The notes under the pieces were generated by a model. The model was not told the origin of the DNA. It saw nothing but the letters and a program-made list of their open reading frames with translations, and made no database searches. The position numbers and the translations under genes were made by a program. DNA of 63,511 bases, the filler included, from Choristocarpus tenellus KU-1152 (lineage: Eukaryota; Protista; Phaeophyceae): NCBI GenBank assembly GCA_964200185.2. It is 9 parts of 9 records of this genome, joined end to end, with 100 filler letters (N's around TTAATTAATTAA, not from the genome) between each part and the next. Parts side by side here need not be neighbours in the genome. Positions count along the whole stretch, not along the records: positions 44,258 to 53,369 come from CAXNAD020003971.1; positions 53,470 to 58,289 come from CAXNAD020012938.1; positions 58,390 to 63,511 come from CAXNAD020011800.1; 6 more parts are not named here. One strand, 5' to 3'. Of this stretch, positions 51,601 through 63,511 are shown in pieces; the stretch's first letter is position 1; every line of letters begins with the position of its first letter.

Positions 51601-53290
51601 CGCAGATCAAGGTTGGATATCGACGATTCTTTTCCTGACGATCCGTCAGTCGCTTGTAGCAAGAACTACGTTGGACCACGAGGACCTGTCTTAGATGGTG
51701 TATGTTTCCAGGATTTAGGTACATCAGACCTAAGCCCAGGTCATCCCACACTGTCCCCTTGCTCTCTCCGTGCGTTGGTAGATTCAGAACTAGAGTGTGC
51801 TCCTCCCTTACGTGATGAACCGAGTCTAGGGGTAGCACAAATGTTACTTCAGGGAACAGTTGATGCCACACTCTCAGGAATACTGTCAGCCCTGCAAGAT
51901 TGCCACACGGGACCTGACAATCGAGATGTAGGCGTTAGAGGCTGGTTACCACTCAATAGTTCCCAGGATCAAAGTCTGCCAGTGTGTATATCCCCGCCCT
52001 CTGGTTGGATGGTCCCAGATAAAATATCTAGTGTAGGCCCGACACACCCCACAGCAAATCCTTCCCCCGCTTAACGCCACTAACACTTTTGGTTGGCAAC
52101 CTTTAGACCCTATCGCCGAAGAAAGGGTAGAAATAAAAGGGAAAGCAGGAGAAGAGAAGCCACTTTGTAAGAAAAGGCGCACAAGTACACCAAGGCCAAG
52201 AACACTTGAAGTCGTCACCCGAACGGGGAAAGGGAGTATAGATGTGGAGTCATATTCCTTAGATGATAAGGAGTTACTCTGGTACACTCCTGGAGAGTAT
52301 GCACCTAGGCTGGCAGTTCCTCGTTCAATAGTGTCAGACATCATAGCACTAGTTCACCTGCAGACTAGCCACCAGGGAGTTGGATGCACAGTAGCCCTAA
52401 CCCGTCGATATTTTTTTTGGCCCTCACTCCACAAAGACACGCAGGATTATGTTTTATCCTGTGGCTGTCGCAGACGAAAGAGGGCTAGGAGCGCAGAAGT
52501 GGCAATGCTGCCAGTCAAGTTCCTGGAACCATGGGATGTACTCGAGATCGATCTACAAGATGTAGGACACATCTCAGCGAAAGGCAACAAGTATCTATTA
52601 ATTGTGATTGATAGAGCTTCGAGATTCCCTTTTGCATTCCCAATGGCGTCGAAGGAAGCAACTGGAGTAGCAACAAATGCGTTAGAATTATGTCTTACAT
52701 TTGGGATCCCTCTGTCAATTCGTAGTGATGCAGGAGGGGAGTTCACAGGAGACATAATGAATCACCTTTGCCGTTGGTTGAAGGTCCCTATCAATTACGG
52801 ACCAACTGGTAACTCCAGAGGACAAGGAGGAGTAAAAAAGATAGGAGGTCTGCTTTTAGAAGTCCTGTCGGAACTATGTGCGAAGTGGCCAGATAGATGG
52901 GATGAGTATGTATCTCCGGCATGTTGGGCACAACGCACTACTCCAGATTCCTCTGACCCTCTCAACCCCACCCCCTTCCGAGTCCTGTTTGGCCCTGACC
53001 CCCGCACACAGCTAGACGCCGTCTTACCGAAGTTGGATGGGGACGTAGATGTTGGAGGATTGGATTCCTTTATCGAACAACGCAGACAAAACTTCAGGAA
53101 TGTACGAGAAGTCCTGGAGAGAAGGATGTCCACTAGGCAGAAACAGAGAGAGAGAGAGCCAAAGCTTTGATTGCTAGGTCATCCCCAGGACTCAGATGCA
53201 AATCAGGTGACCTAGTTCTAGTAAAAGAAGCGGACAGCTCTATTCATGGGGAAACATTAGGCGAGACAAGAGTAGGCAGAAAGCTAGTGA
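48630..53290 (+). pseudogene. Gypsy pol, disrupted by stops, frameshifts and a MITE
   Basis: ORF fragments 49878-50513, 50555-51130, 51422-51694, 52244-53170. The RT catalytic motif reads N*LDN. Confidence 0.88.
51172..51428. mobile_element. MITE family A inserted in gypsy RNase H
   Basis: Exact AATT TSD. Removing it restores YIWGWKFTLVTDC in frame. Confidence 0.93.
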
Positions 53291-53999
53291 CCCAAAGTAT
53301 TTGGGAGGGGGGGGGGGGGGGGGGGACACCGGTACCGGCACTCAGAACCACAACAAGAAAAAGGGCACCNNNNNNNNNNNNNNNNNNNNNNNNNNNNNNN
53401 NNNNNNNNNNNNNTTAATTAATTAANNNNNNNNNNNNNNNNNNNNNNNNNNNNNNNNNNNNNNNNNNNNAAAATGAAAAAAAAAGAAAAGGGAGAGGGGG
53501 AAGGGAGAATCTGCACCAGGGTATCCATTTGGGCCAAAATCAGGAAATGTGCATTTACATTATCCATCCAACGTATGTAACCAAGTCACCCAAAAATCGC
53601 GACATGAAAAAAATTGACCCCAAATGGACAGCCGCCACCCGCCCCAGATACTTTGAGTCAATGGAAATTAGGAAAGGCATTCTTGGTGCAAGATTGCAGA
53701 GTTAAAAATATCGTATATACTTTTGGAAGTTAATGTTTTTTAAAAAGTGGAACACTTCCTCCAGATCATACTCTGATGCAGTTAAATTACAGAATTGACT
53801 TGACCAAAACGAGAGAGAAGAAATCGAAATATTGAAGAATGTGTTACGTGTATGATGACCTGAATCAGAAAATGTGGTCACAAATAGCACCAAAATATTA
53901 TGGTATTTTCGAAACAAACAAGCGTATATATATGCATCTCTCACCCTCTTTACGCCTGGCAGACGAACTATTGGCACCCATTTCTCCCATAAGTTTTCT

Positions 54000-56900
54000 T
54001 GCACTTAATTAGTGAAGGCTTTCATTTTCCCCCTCACCTTTGATTTGCCCTGGTTATGTAGGAGGGACTTCACTTGACAAAGGTTGACAGGCACAGGATC
54101 CATCAGATCTTGCAACAATGGTAAAATGGGATTCCGAAGGACTTAGAGGGTTATACAATACTCTTTTCCATGTTTACAGATTGGGGAATGGTGTAGCGTA
54201 TTTTTGGTGCCATGTGATACAGAGGTCTAGTAAGTGGTTTAGTACCTGGTTGTAGTGGAAAGTAGCAGAAGACGTGGTACACCAACCTAATTCATGTTCA
54301 GATTAAGCAAAGACTGGCTTGATTTTAGCTACAATATATAGGAATTCCTTCTGTTCAGTAAACGTCAGTGGCGTATTTTCAGATACCTTCTTTGAAATCA
54401 TCTCCTTCAACTCGTCCCTAGCTTTCTTTAAGTTCTTCAGGTTTAGAGGGTGCGGTTGCAACTGCTCTTGTGATGGTATCTGAGAGGTTTTTGCTTGTCA
54501 TATGGGGTAGATACAACCTACAAATATTGCAGGCAGCTTGACCTCCTTTTCTTTGATAAATTGAGTGAAAGAATCTTAGAGGGTACAAGTTTTGCCCTGT
54601 TTGTTCATTTTGGACTTGGCTTCTCACGGTTTCTTTTATGACATTTTTCCTACTTTAAAATGTTTCGGAGTAGGTAAAATGCACAAATGATGACAAGATG
54701 TGTCTGGAACAACGATATTAACTTCCTAACAAACACGATAGTCAAAATTACATCAAAATCTCAACATTGGATTTTGGCCCCAAATGGACGCGGCCCTACC
54801 CTCTAAGATAATTTGTCTCAATTGGCAATTTTGACTAAAAATTCCCCATTTTCTGCGTAAGCAGTAAGGTTCAACTGACCATAATGTTACCAAAGTAAAA
54901 GTATGCCAGAGGTACCCAGGTTTTAACCGTTTTGCAATCTAAGCCAGCTTTTTAATCTTTTGCAATTTACCCATATTTCTAGGGATTAAATGCTAAATTC
55001 GACTTGAGAGCGGTGATTTCTCTATTGTTAGAAACCTGTCGACACAATTTGGAAAACATCCTGTACGCTTTTGTAAAAAAATACGACTATTGCACATTTT
55101 TTGTAAGTATCCTAAAAATGCAACCCTGGGTACTTCTCGTTTACTTTGACTCATTAGTGGGGATGTATGTCCTTTTCTTGTTGCAGGTCTCTGCCAGTTT
55201 TGATGATGGGTTCCCCAATAGCATTAGTACCTGTTCCTCAATTGAACCTGGGAACAAACTGGAACAACAACTTCCGTGCCAGGGGGAAGGTATATCTTTT
55301 TGCTGTATGTCAGGTGTGGTGAACTCAGTTGTAATCAGTGAAATTGAAACATGAGATGAAGCACTGGTCTTTGATGCAATTTCAGTCTGAGAGATATGTG
55401 TTTGGAAGAAGAGATGGAAATTGGTACTTGGAAGTACAATTTAGTGAGTTGCTGGAATACGCACATCACGGCCTTTAAATGGCAGTTCTTCATTGTCCCA
55501 ATCTAGGACTGCCCCAATAGCTGACATGATGATGTTATCCAACAAAGTTTTATCCACTCCCAAGTTGGGTATGACTACTTCTTGGACAGGCATTGATAAG
55601 CCTCCAAGTTGTAGTGTAAATCGATTTAAACCATGAATAATGCCACCAAGTATCATTAAATCCAGGACCCCTCCTCCAATATCCCAAATTGGGGCCTTGT
55701 GGGGTGGGCATGAATGTATCAAAGTGATGTTACTGGAATGTTAGTAGCAGGATCGACAGTGATGTTCACAAGAGGTTCAATATTTACATACCCAGGAATT
55801 ATTACGCTGCAAGATGAAAGAATGGAACAACACATTTTAGAGAAAAATCCTCACCAAACTCCAGAAGAGGTCGTGAGGAGCAAGTGATGGCAAATGCAAC
55901 CACAGTTACATGTTCTACTTGTCACAAGTGATGAGTTGCTACCTTGTACTATAGTTAAGCTATGCCCTGGGTCTTATGGTTCCTTTAGTGCTTCCCGAGC
56001 TGGACAATAAGTCCTTAGGTATCATGCGTACATGCCTTGTCGTTACTAACGCTGGTCAAACAGATTTAGCAGGGGATCACTAAATCCTCTCATTCCTCAC
56101 TCTCTCCTCCTACGATTCTATGTTGTTCTTAGGGGGTTCATGGGGGAAATAATGGAGATTTCTGGTTGGGTGGTATGTGCCGCGATCGCCGATAAATGTC
56201 GAAACAATCGACTGCTGTTAGTGCTTGGTGCAGGATACACGCGTGGGAGAAAGGTGTGCCAATCATTATTTGAAATGTGGAAAGAGGGGAATAACACAAA
56301 TTCTGTGCTCCAGAACTCATGGGTGCAATTCCTTTTTAGAAAGTTGCTTCGTGATCAAGTAGATAGCTGCAGGCAATGTGGTTGGGGTAGGGTGGGTCAA
56401 TATACTCATCTCATCCGTTGCTGGTTGAGCCTTGCAAGGGTCGCAGCAGTGAGTCTGACCTCCACACTGTCCTATCCCCAAACTATGTTAGACAATTTTG
56501 TCTCGAATGCAGATGTTGTCGCTAATATCGAACCTCCAGTCCTCCTTATATTGTTCATCTTCGGCCAACACTTGATGCAGGGTATGGTTCGGATTACGCT
56601 GAAGGCTGTCCTGCAGCAATTGTGATACCACTCTCGTGTTCAAACCAACCGCCAAAGGTGCAATTGCCCTTTTGTCAGCGTTCAGGATCTGGAAGAGTTG
56701 TGATATTGGATTACCCTTCCTCTCAATCTATGCTTCCCTGATGGCGCCTTGTTTCTCCGAGTCTTACCGTCTTTTTGCCTAGCGTCAACAACCTTTCGAG
56801 TTGGTTGCGTTCTCCCTACATATCTGGCCCTACATCTCTGACCCCCAGACACAAACCAGCGCGAGTACCACTATCGTGTAACCAAGTTCTGTGTGATGGG

Positions 56901-57100
56901 GGATGCTGAGAACCACCAGAGATGAGGTTCAGGAAACAAGTGAGGGGTGGGGATGACGTATCCTGAGTATTCCTTGAAACTCTCAAAGTAGGATGTTGGT
57001 GAATTTGCAATGGTATAATTGGATGGGACCAATCAGAATAGAAAATACAATCCTTCACTTTACTCGTTTGAATCTACTGGTCATGTGGGGTCAACGCGAG
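54000..57100 (-). mobile_element. Highly decayed second gypsy element (gag, protease, RT start)
   Basis: Protease-like TLQLGGLSMPV..VIPNLG..LLDNIIMSAIGAVLDW (55441-55722). RT start MEKSIV*PSKS..TIVARSDGS (~54095-54172). Confidence 0.6.
54563..54819. mobile_element. MITE family A; a family F copy follows at ~54888-55152
   Basis: Exact AATT TSD. The second element ends CCCTGGGTACTTCTCGTTTACTTTGACTC. Confidence 0.85.
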
Positions 57101-57378
57101 CTGTTCGTGCGCCTCACCCACACGACATCATGTTAGATGGTGTTTATCACAAAAGGTAGTGTGTGTAATATCAGGGTATCTTGTGATGTGGATCCAAAAT
57201 GAGACCTTTCCACAGCCATAAATATATTTTTCAAATATACTATTCTAATACATTTTAAATTTAGTAACTGCCACAAGAAGAGTGGTTTCCAGACACTGGT
57301 AACACTTCACTAAAAACACACTGAGAAGGCAAAGGGTACAAACTTGTCCATCTAACGGAGAGGGAGAACACCCCAACT

Positions 57379-58040
57379 ATGGGAGCGTCTGGCAGCATAT
57401 TGTACGACAAATGTGGAAGTTTGGGGCTGCGGTTTATCCCTGCTGCGGATTTGATGGACAAGGTGCGTGGTTGTGGACACATCAAGGAGGTAAGATTCCC
57501 TAAATAGCAATGTTGCAGCGTTTGCTCGGGGATTTTCTCCCATTGCATTCCTCGATATGACAAAACATATCCCTTCTACCTTCACCTGTCATGCCAGGTC
57601 CACGCGTCTATGGCTCCCACTGAGCGGGATTTCCTCTTGGAGAGTCTGGACGAGATAGAAAGACGGGCCAGCTCGCTATTTGGAGGGAGTGAGTCTCGTA
57701 CTTGGTCGACAATACAAACAATCAATTTTGATTGAGAGCGTCTTTTGGATTGAGGCTTCCCTGAGGATGTTGCATCCGGACCAAGCAAGTATTCCCTCCT
57801 CCTCTAAGGCGTGAATCAGACAACATAGCTCCAACGCTCCTGGAAAAACACCTGGTGAAAATTGACTACTTTTTAAACCTCTTAATGGAACAATTACCAC
57901 CTTTCCAGAACGAAGTACACTGGTATTTAATGAGCAAGGTGTCGTCGAAGCCCTCTTGGAAATGATGGAGATGTTCAAAATGGATGAGGTGCTCCTCCGA
58001 ATGACGGTGAAGACCCTGGCTACATTGTGCGAACAGGATG
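57379..58040 (+). CDS. 5' exons (57379-57489, 57598-57688, 57909-58040) of an N-myristoylation-motif protein with an ARM-like helical segment
   Basis: MGASGSILYDKC..HIKE|VHASMAPTERDFLLESLDEIERRASSLFGG|KRSTLVFNEQGVVEALLEMMEMFKMDEVLLRMTVKTLATLCEQD. Donors GTAAGA, GTGAGT, GTAAGA and CAG acceptors are all in phase. Confidence 0.7.
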
Positions 58041-58439
58041 GTAAGAAGCGGGGTATTGGTTGGTCAACATGAAAAATTTGAGATGAGTCACTAGGCCTCA
58101 AATTGGTGTTTAGATAGTACTCATGGAATATAGATTGGGGATCGACAAAGCTCTCTATCTATCACCTTTGGGTGTATTGAAGACGATAAGATTATGCTCA
58201 TTACTTGATTTCAACCCTGTATACGTAACTAGGATCAAAGTATCTGGGAGGGGGTGGCGGCTGTCCATTTGGGGTCAATTTTTTCATGTNNNNNNNNNNN
58301 NNNNNNNNNNNNNNNNNNNNNNNNNNNNNNNNNTTAATTAATTAANNNNNNNNNNNNNNNNNNNNNNNNNNNNNNNNNNNNNNNNNNNNTTTTTTTTTTA
58401 AAATAAAAAAAATTGGGGGGGGCCGCGGGGGGGGGGGGG

Positions 58440-58601
58440 GGGGGGGGGGGGGGGTACACAAGGGTGTCCATTTGGGCCAGAATCGAGAAAAGTGCATTTG
58501 CATCATCCATCCGACGTATGGCAACCAAATCACCCAAAAATCGCGATATGAAAAATTGACCTCAAATGGACAGTCACCACCCCCTCCCAGATACTTTGAG
58601 C
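58440..58601. mobile_element. MITE family B, with partial copies also at ~3549-3586, 41648-41691, 44087-44157, 53289-53330, 53500-53659, 58232-58289
   Basis: CCCAGATACTTTGAGCC terminus and shared core. Confidence 0.75.
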
Positions 58602-59399
58602 CTGTTCGCAACATCATAGAGTTTTATTTCCTGTTATGTTAAATTATGTCTGTACTCAAATAGTTTATATATGGTGTACTTCATATTTGACATTGAATTA
58701 TGACTCTCCTACATCATTGACACAACAGCAACCACTCACCTACCCTCCATCCATAATGCATAATGCATAGCCTACGTCACTTTCTACCTATTTATACCTT
58801 CCAGAGAGTAAAGGGGCAGAAGGCCAGAGTCCAGAAGACAGTGCCCACTGAGGATTGCTAAGATGAAATGAGCAGCAGCAGGGGTGATGACCACACTTGC
58901 AGTGGTAGCAACAGTAAGAGTAAGAGTGGTAATGATACAACAATGATAACTGAACATCACACTTGCTGCCAGGTTCACCCAGGATGACAGCTTCCTGTGG
59001 TGATGGACCTGTATCCAACAACCCAGTTGGTCAGAATGAGCAGTCTAGCTCATTCGGTAATGGTGAATCTACTTAGTGCAATGAGTCTGCAACACAGCAG
59101 AATAAATAAATTCACAGTTAAAGGGCATGTGTGTGTGTGTGGTGGTGGACAATGTAGTAGACAGAAAGTGCTGAAACATCGAGATTGCTCCTGTGCTGAG
59201 TTACTCCCATAAGTCTTGAATAAGGATAACGGACAAAATGCCACATGTCTGACCTAGACCATAAGGGAAAAAGAAAGGCTCTGGACATATTTGTTTATGA
59301 CAAGCACTTGGCAAGATTAGATTGAGTCAACAGGTCTTGTGAAGGGTGTGGCCTTTCAGGGCCTCATTTCCGGCCTGTCATTGTCCAGCAAAGGCAAAT

Positions 59400-61440
59400 T
59401 CTTTAGGGCAGAGTCCTTGCCGGAGTAGACAATAGAGACACAATATAATTGAATTGACTGTGTGGCTCCTTGAGCGGGCACAGAGGAAAAATCGACATTG
59501 GGAACCTTGACGAGAAGACCATGCCTACATATATACAGTAGCAGGTGTCCTCCTGGCTCAATCCTGCTCTCGAGGAGTGAGGCACTTTTGGGGTGCATGT
59601 CCCTACGCACTGTACAGAAAACCTCAACACACTCAGGTAGCTGATAACAGCAGAGTCCAAGTATTTAAGAGGGTAGGGCCGCATCCGTTTTGGGATCCAA
59701 GATCCAATATTGCAATTTTGGTATCATTGTTGGCTATTGTGTTTGTTAGCAAGTGTCAACATCCTTGCTCAGGACACACCTTTCATAGTTGTATACATTT
59801 TAGGTAACTGTGTTAACACAGAAAACCGATATAGGGCATACAAAACCCGTGGGAAGGCAAGTCCTAAACCGAGAAACTGAGCAAAACTCCTACCCTCTTA
59901 AATGCTTTGGATCAGCAGAAGAAGGTTCCAGGGAACCACAGTACTGCTCCCTAAGCGGAGAATACTCCTCTGGTTCCCTTTACATTATCTTTCGTGAAGG
60001 CAATAACAATTCAGCCCTGGGCATGGTCTTTTCCCCAGCCACATCCACTCAGCCATCGCCACAGATATCAGTCACGAAGACGTATACGATGCCTTCACCA
60101 AGCTCTGGGCAATTATGTACATTTCCCCAGACTCTGTCCCCCCTGAATTTTAGAGGCCTCGTAGATTTTCCTCTCTGCTATGAGGCAAAAATGCTGCGCT
60201 GTATCATGTGGTTCGTTCGTTAGGAGGGCATTTGGCTCGGCATCTTTCAATGATTGATACTCATATTTGGAGTCAACAACTGGGAAATACAGGTCAGTTT
60301 GGAGTAATCTACTCGATATTTGCCCTAAGCATGAGTGTACGGAATGGTTTTGAGTCTGGACAGGAAGAACGTGTTCAACAGTTTAGATTGTGGTGCCTTC
60401 ATTGAGACCTATGCAAAAGAGAACTCTTCCAATAGTCTTTTCATTATGCTGTATGGATGTGTTTATAAGCGGAGTGAGCACAGCCCTTGGTGGTGGGGTG
60501 CTCTCTCTTATACTATTATCTATTGCGCACGTCAGCAAACACGTCAAAATGTGTCTGTGTCAGTCGCACTACGTCAGCCACTTGTATTGAACAAAATAAC
60601 GAGTCAATCCATCGAAACTCGAACCTGCTACTCTAAGCTCACCAAATCAAGTCCTTGACCCTTACTTCATCCAGGCAATACGTCTGCTATGTAGTACTGT
60701 TTACTAAACAGATGAGAATCTACAGACTACCTAGCCTATATTGCACAAGACCCTCCTGGTGGTCCTTCCACATAGGAGGAATCTATGGCAGTGCACTTGA
60801 CCTACTCTGCCCTCTGGATGATGAGGGGGGCCGAAATCTTACCATCGAAGTCTGGATGCCAACAAGGTGACCCATTGGACTCCCTACTGTTCTGCCTTGC
60901 GACCTCCCAAACCCTCAAAAACCTCCAGAATTGTTTTGGCCATCAAGGGGTCTCATGCAGTAGTTATCTACTCTGGAGTAGATGATACATACATTTCTTC
61001 CTGCAGGATTGACTATATGGCTATTGGGGCTTTTCACCAGGTCAAGGCAATCTTGCGGAGGGTAGGGATCCTCCTAAATATGGAGAACACATCTCCCCCT
61101 CAAGACAACCAGCCCTTTCAGTCTGAGTTGGACCTTTTATCTACAGCAAACATCACCCTTGCCCCAGACCTGGATAGCTTTGCTGCCCTTATTGTTCCTA
61201 TTAGCACAGTCGCCTTTGTCTAAATTGACAGGGAAGGATCTTGGAGAGGTCTGGCTCTCAGGATTTCAGCCACACACATCACAGAAATGGATGATAAACA
61301 AGTAGCATGGCTCCCCAATGCCTAGTCGCTCTCTCCCAGCCTGAGCTATATGGTAAAGGTCACCCCACCACAAGTGACTATCGATACCCACCATGCATCA
61401 AGCTGATAATACCACTTTCTGGACCCTGGAGAGGATTATG
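59400..61440 (+). mobile_element. Degenerate CRE-like non-LTR retrotransposon RT
   Basis: GQFGV, LSLDRKNVFNSL, SKSGCQQGDPLDSLLFCL, VDDTYI. Fragmented. Confidence 0.7.
59653..59913. mobile_element. MITE family C; another copy at ~61458-61721
   Basis: GAGTCCAAGTATTTAAGAGGGTAG / CTACCCTCTTAAATGCTTTGGATC with exact AGCA TSD. Confidence 0.85.
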
Positions 61441-62309
61441 GATGTGACTGACTTTCTAGTCATAGAAGCATTATGGAGGGTAGGGCCGCATCCATTCGGG
61501 ATCATAAATCCAATGTTGTGATTTTGATGTATTTTTGGGTATAGTGTTGTTAGCAAGTATCAATATCCTTGCTCCAGACACGCCTTTCATAGTTGTGTAC
61601 ATTTTACCTACTCTGAAACACCGAAAATTGAAAAAACGGCATTAAAAACCCGTGGGAAGCCAAGCCCAGAACGGACGGACAGACAGGGGTAAAATCCTAC
61701 CCTCCGTAATGGATTGGATCTTCTTTGAAGACTGAGGTCACGGTCTTCTTTGAATGGTATCACAGTAGGTCTCTATAGCAGGTACTGGCCCAAATGTCCA
61801 CAAACACAGGTAGTCTGGGTCTCTTACCTATGATCTAACCCACCAGTATGCTGCCTATGTAAGCTCAGTAGCAGCCCCCTCCCCGCCCCCCTTGCATGCC
61901 AATAAGGAGTTCCAGGTGAATTTGCTGAATCCATCTTCTCCAGCCCTACCGTATGGGCACTAGGGAGCCTCAATTTCCTCAATCTTTTTTGCAGGAACCC
62001 CTCTGGAGAACCTAGTTGCAATCGTTAGTCAGGGATAGTTAGACTGGGAGGGTACAGTCCCTCCATGATGACCTTTAGAGGTCCATATCCTGGACGCTCA
62101 TGATGTAGGGGGAACAGTGAGATGGACCAAACATGAGATCACCTGCCTCTTTAACTGAGTTCACTTCAATTCCTTCTGCTCCCAGCCAGCAAACATCTTC
62201 TGTTCTGAATTTGAAGAATTTGTGATTACAAGTTTTATCAGCATGAAAATGTACTTGTTTTTACTTAAAATACGCGCATGGTGCATGGGGCAAGGTGTGT
62301 GTGTGCGTG

Positions 62310-63461
62310 GAGATGGCGTTGTTTGTCCTGTGATAGCTCCCCACGTAGACGATCTTTTGGTAGCTGGTAAAATAGATGTTTTGATTTGGGTTCGCTCTAG
62401 GATTAAGGAGCAGTTTCCATAGAAGATTTAGGTGATCTTGAGTATTATATGGGTTGTGAAATTTCGCGTGACAGAACTGCACAGACTGTCACCATTAGTC
62501 AGACTAGGTACATTAAGAGTGTCGAAGATTTGGTATGGATGGTGCAAAGAAGAGGTTGTTACCCCATGATCTCTCAAGGACTCTAGACAAGAGTGAGAAT
62601 CATCCAAGTGTTGATGAAAATACACCGTACAGAGAGGCAGTTGGTAGTCTGATGTGGGCATCTGTTTTGACTAGGCTTGACATTGCAAATGCAGTTCGTG
62701 AAGTTGCCAAGTACAGTAGCAATCCCAAAGTCACACATTATTGGCGTGCAGTGAAATGTATTTTAGTATATTTGAATACATGCCCCAATGTTGGATTGAG
62801 TTTTAGTGGTTTTGATACTGAGTGTGAGTTGGGTGCATATGCTGATGCTAGTTATACTGGAGACTGGGATGATCGTAGATCAGTGACTGGAGGAGCAATA
62901 TCTTGGATGTCAAAGGTACAAAGAGTTGTAGCTCTGTCTTCCACGGAGAGTGAATACATAGCTCTTAGCAGTGTAGCACAGGAATTACTTTTCTTGAGAA
63001 GCATTTTTGAGTTTATTCAGCCACAGTTTTCTAGGCGTTGCATTGACATGTTTGAGGATATCGATGGTGCATGCAAACTAGTACGAAATGCCACAAGCTC
63101 TACTAGAACAAAGCAAATTGATGTCCAACATCATTTTCTGAAGGATTTGTCTAGAAAAGGAGAGATTCGTATTGTTTTTGTAGGTACTGCAAATCAGAGG
63201 GCAGATGTATTGACCAAGAATTTGCCAGTTCGAGTTTTTAGACATGTTAAGTTTCTGATGAACATGTGAGACAACCAACATGTGTGTGTTTTATTATATT
63301 TTTTGGTGATTGTTTGAGAGTTAGTACTTGTTTTCAGCAAGGGGAGGATGTCCAATATTCTAGTGTTATCCTTACGTTATCTGTGCTGATCAAGTATATA
63401 ACACAGGTTATATGTACGTTTATGATTAGTTAGGTACGATACAAAGTACGAACGTGCATAA
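62310..63461 (+). mobile_element. Ty1/copia RT-RNase H 3' portion with PPT (~63339-63349) and start of 3' LTR
   Basis: VIAPHVDDLL, YREAVGSLMW..TRLDIA, YADASY..DRRSVTG, SSTESEYIA, RTKQIDV, NQRADVLTK. AAGGGGAGGA-TG follows. Confidence 0.92.
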
Positions 63462-63511
63462 GAGTGAAAGTATCTTAGAGGGTACTAGTTTTGCCCTGTT
63501 TGTCCATTTGG
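63462..63511. mobile_element. MITE family A, left end
   Basis: GAGTGAAAGTATCTTAGAGGGTA. Confidence 0.8.

Larger units (their letters stand above)
45261..53290 (+). mobile_element. Ty3/gypsy element: 5' LTR 45261-45748, tRNA-Gln PBS 45749-45762, gag, PR-RT-RH-IN; 3' end lost at gap
   Basis: TGTTA..TAACA LTR then TGGAGGTCCTACCG. Protease LLDTGAG (~48645). RT IRPSTSAW..LRLCTDYR..IDLASGFFQ. RNase H IAYASHRW..TERECMA. Integrase HHCC plus D,D core. Confidence 0.92.

Noticed and set aside
55000-58100. DIRS/tyrosine-recombinase element
   Set aside because: No recombinase motifs were found. The region resolves into a decayed gypsy (-) and a spliced host gene (+).

Overview
Eukaryotic, intron-rich, transposon-dense DNA. 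A stramenopile such as a brown alga is likely, but this is inferred from gene style and short TTAGGG tracts only. The window is nine contigs joined by artificial 100-bp N/TTAATTAATTAA spacers, so adjacency across gaps is not evidence of linkage. Host genes reconstructed by hand from splice signals: a 5-exon, 3'-incomplete mitochondrial-type lipoyl synthase (10777-13529, +); a 4-exon ~1540-aa EF-hand plus CEP164-type WW protein head-to-head with it (4578-10572, -); three exons of a TBC/Rab-GAP gene; the first three exons of an MGxxxS protein missed by the ORF track; two orphan exons; and a tRNA with the unusual Val anticodon GAC. The rest is decayed Ty1/copia, Ty3/gypsy, RTE-like and CRE-like retroelements, a hAT remnant, and about 30 copies of at least six related ~170-270-bp MITE families with GAGYCAAA-type TIRs and 4-bp TSDs. 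The most intriguing signals are: telomeric TTAGGG units inserted at seed motifs inside individual MITE copies; the multi-family 4-bp-TSD MITE radiation; the tRNA-Val(GAC); a gypsy Gag with a CCCH finger and tRNA-Gln priming; and the EF-hand/CEP164-WW architecture. No prokaryotic-type system (CRISPR, operon) is present.
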